A DNA stretch of 63,922 bases, filler included, from Candidatus Woesearchaeota archaeon CG1_02_57_44 (lineage in GTDB: Archaea > Nanobdellota > Nanobdellia > Woesearchaeales > CG1-02-57-44): assembly GCA_001871415.1 (NCBI GenBank). It is 3 parts of 3 records of this genome, joined end to end, with 100 filler letters (N's around TTAATTAATTAA, not from the genome) between each part and the next. Parts side by side here need not be neighbours in the genome. Positions count along the whole stretch, not along the records: positions 1 to 23,061 come from MNWW01000073.1; 2 more parts are not named here. One strand, 5' to 3'. The notes beneath the pieces were generated by a model that was given only the letters and a program-made list of their open reading frames with translations, had not been told where the DNA came from and did not search any database. Numbering within the stretch: position 1 is the stretch's first letter; each line of letters begins with the position of its first letter. Position numbers and translations under genes: made by a program. Shown piece after piece: positions 9,930-17,176 of the stretch.

Positions 9930-11005
9930 GCGATCACCTCCATCAGTACATCCTTGTGTTCCGCCGTGAATCCCAGATACGCCACAGCGGCGAGCGTCCC
10001 CTGGATGGCGCAGTCGATAGGACCTTTGCCCGCCAGCTGCGCGTAGAACACGCCGGCCGCGTGGGCATCGCCAGCGCCGCAGCTCGCCGAGTCCCGTGCT
10101 GCGATAGCGTTGCCTACCTGCGCCTTGGCGGCATCGGTGAGCTGCACCTGATACACATGATCTCCTTGGGCGACGAGCGTTCCTGCAGAGCCCAAGGTGA
10201 CATAGAGGCCCAGCTGCTTCTGCAGCGAGGAGAACTGCCCGATAGCAGACAGAGGATTTGCATCGCGAGCCACATATCCTATCTCGTCCTGGTTGAGCTG
10301 GCAGGCGGTCCGGTCTATCACCGTACTCAGGACATAGTCTCGCGGCAGGCTCTGGGTGACCACAGCGAGCTGTGTCTTGCCCGACTGCATCGCCCGCTCG
10401 AGCAGGAATGGATCCTTGGCGCTGTTGACCAATACAGCGTCAGAAGCGTCAAGCACCGTACCGATCCAGTCATGGTGCAATGGCGATATGGTCGGCTGCG
10501 TGATCTCGCTCCTGAGTATGACCTTGTCCGCCCTGCCGCCGACAACGAGGTTGAAGGGCATGGGCCTGCAGGAGAGAAAGTATGGCTCGATGCCCAGCGC
10601 AGCAAGATCCTGCGCCGCCGAGACTCCCGGCCTGCCAGTGTCCAGCGCGGGCGTTGACAGGTCAAGATAGCGTAGTAATTCAATAGGTGCATCCCGGGGT
10701 GCATCTGGCGCAGACCTAACAACATCAGCGTGCCCCCCTATCAGGCCCGCGAGCACAGTCGCGCTGTTGTAGCCCCCACCGCCGAAACGCGGCGTCCATG
10801 GCACCGTCAGGTCATACAGGAGCGTTGCCACCGTGTATTTCCCTCCGGCAGCGACAGGACCGCCTCTGCCATCGTCACGGGATGGGACCTCGACTGCCAC
10901 AGGCCCGGAATGGGTCATGAACGTCAGCATATAGTCGCCAACGCAGGCAGGACATCCGATGATCCCGTCAAGGGTCGCATTCCCGATGATGGTCGCAGTG
11001 CTCAC
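9926..11005 (-). CDS. Divergent PfkB-family carbohydrate kinase
   Basis: Motifs IIGNATLD, FGGGGYNSA, NQDE, VTLGSAG and SCGAGDAHAAG. Confidence 0.78.
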   Translation of the reverse strand: MSTATIIGNATLDGIIGCPACVGDYMLTFMTHSGPVAVEVPSRDDGRGGPVAAGGKYTVATLLYDLTVPWTPRFGGGGYNSATVLAGLIGGHADVVRSAPDAPRDAPIELLRYLDLSTPALDTGRPGVSAAQDLAALGIEPYFLSCRPMPFNLVVGGRADKVILRSEITQPTISPLHHDWIGTVLDASDAVLVNSAKDPFLLERAMQSGKTQLAVVTQSLPRDYVLSTVIDRTACQLNQDEIGYVARDANPLSAIGQFSSLQKQLGLYVTLGSAGTLVAQGDHVYQVQLTDAAKAQVGNAIAARDSASCGAGDAHAAGVFYAQLAGKGPIDCAIQGTLAAVAYLGFTAEHKDVLMEVIA

Positions 11006-11114
11006 GCTATGTTCGCCTCATGGTGCAGCTCGTGCGCGACGCCTGACGTTACCGGCCTATGCTCGGAGCCAGGGCGCCATCGCGTCTCGCAGGCTTGCCT
11101 GTTGATGCCGCCGC

Positions 11115-11597
11115 TCAGGCGATGGCATCGTCTGTCCCGCAGAGGAACTGCTCCTCCGCGAGAGTCTCAAGGATGGGGAACGACTCTGCTTCCGCGCCGA
11201 ACTGCTCCCCGAGCTCTTCGGTGAAGCGGTGCGGATCGAGCAGGTTGGGAAAGACCATCTCGAGCAGGTAGTCATAGCGATGGTTGGTGCGATACACGCC
11301 ATTGCAGTTGGCGTGCTGCCGGGCGAACTGCTCAAAAGCGACACGCTGCGGCTTTGGCACGCGCAGCGCGAGCATGGTTCGGACCGGAAGGCCTAGCGCG
11401 GGAAAGTCCAGCAGGCAGGTGTGCCTTGCGATGTACTTGCGCTCGTGGCTGCGCAGCTTGTCATAGACCGTGGTCGCGGGCAGGCCCATGCGCTTGGCGA
11501 TATGGGTGACCTTGGTGCGCGCGTTCTGTCGCAGATGCTTAAGGAGCATCTTGTCCGAGGGGACCAGTTCCATCGCCGCATGGTAGATGCCGACCAT
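11115..11597 (-). CDS. Lrp/AsnC-family transcriptional regulator
   Basis: HTH 'DKMLLKHLRQNARTKVTHIAKRMGLPATTVYDKL', then LLDFPALG and a C-terminal ligand domain with 'YDYLLE'. Confidence 0.88.
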   Translation of the reverse strand: MVGIYHAAMELVPSDKMLLKHLRQNARTKVTHIAKRMGLPATTVYDKLRSHERKYIARHTCLLDFPALGLPVRTMLALRVPKPQRVAFEQFARQHANCNGVYRTNHRYDYLLEMVFPNLLDPHRFTEELGEQFGAEAESFPILETLAEEQFLCGTDDAIA

Positions 11598-11639
11598 GGC
11601 AATTATGGAGGCGCCGGAGAATTATCAAATCGATGCGTA

Positions 11640-11712
11640 GTAAATATATTTCATCCTATTGAGATATATCCATAATAATTACAATAGTATCCGTAAGAAT
11701 TATATATATCTC
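11640..11712. promoter_or_regulatory. AT-rich divergent promoter region between the Lrp and AbrB-PhoU genes
   Basis: TATA-like runs on both strands; inverted pair GAGATATAT (11661-11669) / ATATATCTC (11704-11712). Confidence 0.55.
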
Positions 11713-11729
11713 CCCCCTCCACGCTGAGC

Positions 11730-12677
11730 ATGAAACGAAAGATCATCCAGCAGGGCAACAACACGCTGACCATAACGCTGCCGAGGCCATGGGCCAATGA
11801 GCACGCGCTCAAGGCCGGCATGGAAGTGGATGTCGAATGCCTGGGCCCGAGCATGCTCGTGCACGCAGGTCAGCGCAAGGCGGTGCGCACGGCGACGTTG
11901 GACGTCTCCTCCATGGACAGGACCTCCCTGATGCTCTGGATCCGCGGCCTGTACCGGCAGGGGGTCGATGACATCACCGTGACCTGGAAGGACCAGACCG
12001 TCATGCACTACCGCACAGGCAAGCCAGTGAAGGTAATCGCGGCCATCCATCTGGAGGTGAGCCGTCTCATCGGAGCGGAGATACTGGAGGAAGCCGAGCA
12101 CTCCTGCCGCATCAGGTGCATAGCAGGACAACCGCTCGATGACCTTGACGCCATGCTGCGCAAGATATACCACCAGCTGCGTCAGGTGGCGACCGACTTC
12201 GGCAATGGCCTCAAGGAGCGCCAGTGGGACCTCTTGGCAGCCACCGAGGAGAAGCATGACACCATAACGAAGTTCACGAGCTACTGCCTGCGCCTGCTCA
12301 ACAAGCAGGGCGCGGTAGGGACTGCTGCTTCATTGCAGTATGTCAGCATCAATGCGGTAGACATCATCGTTGATGCGTACAAGTACGCCGCGCGCGACCT
12401 GGTCGAGCACAAGCCGAAGATGAGCCCCAAGGCGGCAGAGATGATGCTGCGCATCTGCGATTTCACCCAGGAGTTCGCTTCGACTGCGTTCTCAGAGAAA
12501 TCAGCGCACGCATCAGAGCTGCTGCGAAAGCGCGATATCTTCCTGCGCGACCTGCGCGAGAGAGGCCCAAAGCTCACCGGGTCTGAGCTGCTGGAGGTGA
12601 CGCGCCTGAGCCAGGTGCTGCAGGTCATGTGGGAGCTGCTGGGAGCGAGACTGGGGATGATGGATGCGATAAAGTAA
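11730..12677 (+). CDS. AbrB/MazE-domain PhoU-like phosphate uptake regulator (archaeal type)
   Basis: N-terminal MKRKIIQQGNNTLTITLPRPWA (AbrB-like), followed by helical PhoU-like segments ('YCLRLLNK'). Confidence 0.85.
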   Translation: MKRKIIQQGNNTLTITLPRPWANEHALKAGMEVDVECLGPSMLVHAGQRKAVRTATLDVSSMDRTSLMLWIRGLYRQGVDDITVTWKDQTVMHYRTGKPVKVIAAIHLEVSRLIGAEILEEAEHSCRIRCIAGQPLDDLDAMLRKIYHQLRQVATDFGNGLKERQWDLLAATEEKHDTITKFTSYCLRLLNKQGAVGTAASLQYVSINAVDIIVDAYKYAARDLVEHKPKMSPKAAEMMLRICDFTQEFASTAFSEKSAHASELLRKRDIFLRDLRERGPKLTGSELLEVTRLSQVLQVMWELLGARLGMMDAIK

Positions 12678-12678
12678 T

Positions 12679-12750
12679 GCATTACTGAAGTCAAGCATTA
12701 CTGAAGTGAAGCATTACTGAAGTGAAGCATTACTGAAGTGAGGCATCACT
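12679..12750. repeat. 16-bp tandem repeat, 4 copies plus a partial (GCATTACTGAAGTGAA)
   Basis: Units at 12679, 12695, 12711 and 12727; lies at a convergent gene junction. Confidence 0.95.
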
Positions 12751-13134
12751 ACGGGAGAACGCCATCACTCCGCCCAGCTGACGTTCTGCAAGCAGAGGGT
12801 CAGGTGCCGGAGCAATACAGCCAGCAAGGTGCAGATTCGGGATGGCAGGATTGAACGCAAGGCCGGCCAGCGCGTCGTAGTCCGCGACGAGCGCCTGCGA
12901 GAGCTGCCTGAGATGCGGCTCATGCAAAGCGTCCCGAAGGTGCAATAGCAGCGGCGCCCAGCCGTAGTGGAGGATGCGACCTTCTTGGCCAAAGAGTTCA
13001 GGCACGGGAAAGCTTAAGCAGCATTCCCAGCAATCATTGACGCTGACCTCACCACGGTTGATCGGATCGGCGAACTCCGTGATGAGCAGCAATTCCATGT
13101 CTGAGCGTCGCATCTGCCCATGGGATTCATCCAC
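12730..13134 (-). CDS. RQSD-motif paralog A (type 1), C-terminally truncated, probable pseudogene
   Basis: MRRSDMELLLITEFADPINRGEVSVNDCWE...FNP..L..A..APAP aligns with paralogs B and D. The ORF stops inside the 16-bp repeat at 134 aa, versus 310-355 aa for intact copies. Confidence 0.7.
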   Translation of the reverse strand: MDESHGQMRRSDMELLLITEFADPINRGEVSVNDCWECCLSFPVPELFGQEGRILHYGWAPLLLHLRDALHEPHLRQLSQALVADYDALAGLAFNPAIPNLHLAGCIAPAPDPLLAERQLGGVMAFSRSDASLQ

Positions 13135-13234
13135 CGGTCATCACCGTGAAGATCTTGGCCAGCAGCGCCTCAAGGTCTGATTGGCGCATATTCAGGCCCA
13201 GTGCCCCACCACCTGATTCCAGTTGAATTTCCAT
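13127..13234 (-). pseudogene. RQSD-motif paralog F, 35-aa remnant (not in the ORF track)
   Basis: Manual translation MEIQLESGGGALGLNMRQSDLEALLAKIFTVMTGG*; GAGG RBS; stop overlaps the start of paralog A. Confidence 0.6.
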
Positions 13235-13279
13235 TCCATTCCTCAATGCTCTGATTACATCGACAAACGCCGACACGCA

Positions 13280-14215
13280 TCACTTCTCCGCAGCCCTGCG
13301 CTCACGCATCCCGTGCGTGATAGCCTCATACCCCCAGCCCCCGACGCGCTCGAAGGTCTGCCGGGACATGCAAGCAAGAGTGCATGTCCAGAGTATATCA
13401 GTGATATCTTCTTGATTACTGATCATCCCCTGCGTCCTGATACCGAAATCAGGGCCCATCTGCAACGTGCCATCGCGGACCTGGCGGCGGATATCATATG
13501 CCTGGCGGGCCAGATACATCTGGGAGAAAAACTTCCCGTCATAGACATAGATAGGCAGCATCTCCCGCAGAGCTGATTCCTGCTCAAAGCGAGCCACCAC
13601 ACCGTCAGGATCCTCTGCCACACCCCGGTATCCGGTCCCATCATTCGCGCACAATGCCAGATAGAACGCCCGCAGCACATCCTCTGGCGATAGCTCCGTG
13701 CACGATGACCAATGATACTGACTGACCAGACCATAGAGCGCATCCCCCATAGGCCTTACGCGCTCGAGCACATCAGCGTCAGCAGTGCGGGCGATTTGAT
13801 ATAACCAGAAGGGAGCAGACTCGAGCATCCATGTCTCGGTCCCGACGATCCCATCCAGTATCCGATGCGCAGTCAGCCCATGCGGCGTTGGCGCCAGGAG
13901 AACAGCGGCTTGCAGATTTGTCCGATAGGGATTGAAGAGCAAGGTCTGGCCGAGATCCCAGTCACCTATGAACGCATCATATAATTCCTCTGCCCGTACT
14001 GGCTCGAGCAACCGGGCCGCAAGAGACAACAACGGCAGCCATTCGGCGTGGAGAACAGGCCGATGCGCACCGAAGAACTCCGGAACCTTGGTATCCCACC
14101 AGTATTGCCTGCAATCCTCGACAGTGACAGCACCGTTGTTGATATCTGCGGCAGCCAGCCGGGTCAGGAGCAGCTGCTCATCAGAATGCCGCAGGGTCTG
14201 CGCAGGCTCAGTCAT
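13280..14215 (-). CDS. RQSD-motif paralog B (type 1), unknown helical protein
   Basis: LRHSDEQLLLTRLAAADINNGAVTVEDC...FNPYRTNLQAAVLLAPTP...FWLYQIARTAD; start overlaps the upstream stop. Confidence 0.8.
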   Translation of the reverse strand: MTEPAQTLRHSDEQLLLTRLAAADINNGAVTVEDCRQYWWDTKVPEFFGAHRPVLHAEWLPLLSLAARLLEPVRAEELYDAFIGDWDLGQTLLFNPYRTNLQAAVLLAPTPHGLTAHRILDGIVGTETWMLESAPFWLYQIARTADADVLERVRPMGDALYGLVSQYHWSSCTELSPEDVLRAFYLALCANDGTGYRGVAEDPDGVVARFEQESALREMLPIYVYDGKFFSQMYLARQAYDIRRQVRDGTLQMGPDFGIRTQGMISNQEDITDILWTCTLACMSRQTFERVGGWGYEAITHGMRERRAAEK

Positions 14216-15137
14216 GCGGCATCACCGTCAATGCTGATGGCCGGACGCGATGATGAAGCACCCGTTGCGCATCATAGCTCACCACGGTCTCCCCCTCACG
14301 CTGCGGGAAGTCAGGTCGCATACCAAAAGCGAGCGCATCACGATAATCCTCACGACGCAGACCACCGACCTGATAGCAATAGTGATGTGCCCTCCGCTGC
14401 GCCGCCACATCTTCGGATGCTAGTGCCTGCTGGATGTCGCAGCCAAAGAACTCCTGGAAGGGGGCAGCTCCATAGATAGTGGGGATGAATGTCGGGACCC
14501 AGAACGAAGGCGGCAGAAAGTCTATCCGCATAAGATCCGTCGGGACGCCACATTCATCGATCACCATCCGTTCGGCATAGCCATCCCATGCCTTTCGCTC
14601 CACATCGATGATGCCGGCGATATGCTGCTTGCCTCGCAATGCTTCTTCACCCGCCACCCTCTCGCCAGCAAGAAGGCAACAGACATAATCACGTACCTCA
14701 CCAATCCTCTCGTCCTGCAGTATAGTCCTTTGCAGCGTAGCCACAATGGCATCCTTGGATACATGCGCACCGGCGACTATGTGCAGCTCGGCTGCGAACA
14801 GGACATCATCCAGGAACGGATAGTATGGTGAAGGTGACGGCGCAGACTGCTGCGCATTGATGAGGCACCCTATCAATTGCTCGGAAGCTGCGCCATCCAA
14901 GTGAAGGTATATGCGCATGAGATACGGCTTCCATGCAGGGAGCAACGCTCTGCCGGCATACCCCCACAGCCCTGCGTCCTCTTCGTAGCTCCAGCACTGC
15001 TCCCAGCAGTCCTGGACAGTCACCGTGCCATCATTGATAGCGTCAGCGAACTGCTGTGCCAGCAGCACATCAAGGTCGGACTGGCGCAAGGAGGACATGA
15101 GGATGCGTTCGTCAGGGAAGACGGCAGAATCACTCAC
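14208..15137 (-). CDS. RQSD-motif paralog C (type 2), unknown helical protein
   Basis: LRQSDLDVLLAQQFADAINDGTVTVQDCWE...YYPFLDDVLFAAE...LHHRV; GGAGG RBS before GTG 15137, overlapping the upstream stop. Confidence 0.8.
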   Translation of the reverse strand: MSDSAVFPDERILMSSLRQSDLDVLLAQQFADAINDGTVTVQDCWEQCWSYEEDAGLWGYAGRALLPAWKPYLMRIYLHLDGAASEQLIGCLINAQQSAPSPSPYYPFLDDVLFAAELHIVAGAHVSKDAIVATLQRTILQDERIGEVRDYVCCLLAGERVAGEEALRGKQHIAGIIDVERKAWDGYAERMVIDECGVPTDLMRIDFLPPSFWVPTFIPTIYGAAPFQEFFGCDIQQALASEDVAAQRRAHHYCYQVGGLRREDYRDALAFGMRPDFPQREGETVVSYDAQRVLHHRVRPSALTVMPHD

Positions 15138-16194
15138 GAAAATCCCTCCAGGAGACAATATTTGCCATGGTGATATCCCGTCCCGAGCCGGGCGTGTAGC
15201 CAAAAGGATATCGCATGGCATACCTCATGCAGATGAGCTCGAATGTCCAGAGACCTTGCATACTGAGTCTTAGGTCGCGGTCGGGATTCGGCACAGGGCA
15301 TCCCTTTGGCAGCTTCGATCCGGTCATGAGATGATCAAGGACGCGATAGGACCACTCCGCCTCCTCCAGCGCGCGCCCGTACAGACACTCGCTGACCGGA
15401 TACGGAAGCGGAGGGAAGAGCGTATGCGTATCGTCGACCACAGGGACCTTCAGGTCCAGGGAGATACGAGGTTCCGGAGGAGGACGATGAGACGTCCCGC
15501 TCGGGCTTGTCGATTCATCTGCGCCTGGTAGAGAATGCAGGAAATGATAGATTGATCCAGGGACATCCCGATAGGACGAATCATCCGATAGGAGGTCCGA
15601 AGCCATGAGGAGCGGGAAACACCGCACCCACCCTGCGGGAAAATATTTCTGAGACGCCCTTTGGATGCGCCCGGCAATCATGCCGCTGTTCTGGGCGACC
15701 ATCGCGGTCGTGCCAGCGTCAGCAAGCCTGCTTGCGTGGTACATCCAGAAGTCAGGTTGGCGGGCAGCCCAATCTGGCCCGCCCAGGATAGCATGGACTA
15801 GTTCTCTGGAAAGGGGCCCGAAGGGAGCTGGTGCGACAAGCGCGGCACCTTGCAGACTCGTGAGATAGGGATTGAAGATCCTGTCAGCACCGGATTGCCA
15901 ATCCGCGAGAAGCCGTGATGCCAGGGCATCTGCGACTTCGTGGTCCAGAAGTCCTCGGGCAGGCAGGAGGACGTGCAACCATCCTGCATGGAACACCTTC
16001 CTCTGGCAGCCGTAGAAATCAGGAAGCGCAACACCCCACAGGTGATCGCAGCAATCCTCCACAGCTATCTCACCAGTATTGAGTGCATCAGCGAACTGCT
16101 GTGCCAGCAGCACCTCAAGGTCGGACTGGCGGATGGGTGCGAGAGATTCATCTGCTGAAGGCAGCCCTTGCGCACGTTCATGCTCAGGGCGCAT
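15130..16194 (-). CDS. RQSD-motif paralog D (type 1), unknown helical protein
   Basis: IRQSDLEVLLAQQFADALNTGEIAVEDC...FNPYLTSLQGAALVAPAP...FWMYHASRLAD; GGAGGT RBS before ATG 16194. Confidence 0.8.
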   Translation of the reverse strand: MRPEHERAQGLPSADESLAPIRQSDLEVLLAQQFADALNTGEIAVEDCCDHLWGVALPDFYGCQRKVFHAGWLHVLLPARGLLDHEVADALASRLLADWQSGADRIFNPYLTSLQGAALVAPAPFGPLSRELVHAILGGPDWAARQPDFWMYHASRLADAGTTAMVAQNSGMIAGRIQRASQKYFPAGWVRCFPLLMASDLLSDDSSYRDVPGSIYHFLHSLPGADESTSPSGTSHRPPPEPRISLDLKVPVVDDTHTLFPPLPYPVSECLYGRALEEAEWSYRVLDHLMTGSKLPKGCPVPNPDRDLRLSMQGLWTFELICMRYAMRYPFGYTPGSGRDITMANIVSWRDFRE

Positions 16195-17176
16195 CGTTGC
16201 CACCTCCCTGAGCTGAAAGGACGCGATGGTGCAGTGCCGCAAGGACCTGCTGATGCAGCCCCCGGTACGCCCCCTCTGGTGATACGGGTGCATGACGCAG
16301 CGCCTCGAGGGCTTCGCGGCAGTAGGATTCCGGCACATCCTCGCTTCGGGCGGCTCGCTCCAGCAGGTGATACGTCCCGGGATTTGCTTTTGCGATCAGG
16401 GCTGCCGCATCGGCCAATGCAGGAGCCGCGAAGACCTGTCCCCGGCAGGGCTCTGTCTCGCGGTGGAAGGTTTCCGTGAGACCGGTGAGCGATTCCCAGT
16501 CTCCCTTCCCGAATGCCCCCATGCCCGCGTGGTGCGGCCAGCCGCCGTTGCTGATGAGCACATGAGGATCCGATGGTGCGTGATAGCCCTTGAGCACATG
16601 ACTATCATAGGAAGTTGACCTATCAATCCCGTCGAAGAACACCTCAGCCGTGTGAACCAGCAGCGCGTCGCGCTGCTGCCATCGCCCGAGGCGATCGTAC
16701 TGCGTGTCCTCATTGTACATGAGGTCAGCGATGAGATGCACGCGGGCATCGTTGAAGTAATCCACGATGCGCGGTGTCATGGACACGACCTTGCCGAGTC
16801 CTCCGTTCACTTCTGCTCCGAGCAGGAAATCGCCGAGAAGCGGATGATATGCATCCAACGCAGCCCCGCTGTCCAGATATGGCCCGCAGAGCCTCTCGAC
16901 CAGCGCCCCTCCTGTCACCGCATCCATCAGCGTCGACGCGTGCAGCAGCGGCCGACGCAGCGCTGGAAGCACAAGGCGATGCGCCTCGCCAAAGCTCGTG
17001 TCCTCGAAGGTGAGGAAGTGCTCCCAAAGGTCATTGAGAGTGACTGCCGGCGTAGGTGAACCATCCTCAAGCGCGCAGGGATATCCCTTGACCGCGTCAG
17101 CCATCATGCAGCCTTGCATCACTTCAGCGTCAGAGCCGCGCATCCGGGTGCAAAAGCCATTCCACTCAGGCATCAT
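16184..17176 (-). CDS. RQSD-motif paralog E (type 2), unknown helical protein
   Basis: MRGSDAEVMQGCMMADAVKG..VTLNDLWE...YHPLLGDFLLGAE...LHHRV; ATGA overlap with the NACHT gene stop and a GGAGG RBS. Confidence 0.75.
   Translation of the reverse strand: MMPEWNGFCTRMRGSDAEVMQGCMMADAVKGYPCALEDGSPTPAVTLNDLWEHFLTFEDTSFGEAHRLVLPALRRPLLHASTLMDAVTGGALVERLCGPYLDSGAALDAYHPLLGDFLLGAEVNGGLGKVVSMTPRIVDYFNDARVHLIADLMYNEDTQYDRLGRWQQRDALLVHTAEVFFDGIDRSTSYDSHVLKGYHAPSDPHVLISNGGWPHHAGMGAFGKGDWESLTGLTETFHRETEPCRGQVFAAPALADAAALIAKANPGTYHLLERAARSEDVPESYCREALEALRHAPVSPEGAYRGLHQQVLAALHHRVLSAQGGGNDAP

Noticed and set aside
8972..12750. 21-bp (8972-9103) and 16-bp (12679-12750) repeats as CRISPR arrays
   Set aside because: The units are head-to-tail with no unique spacers, and there are no cas genes.
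12730..17176. Diversity-generating retroelement or shufflon explanation for the paralog array
   Set aside because: No reverse transcriptase or recombinase is seen, there is no TR/VR pair with adenine-specific differences, and all copies have the same orientation.
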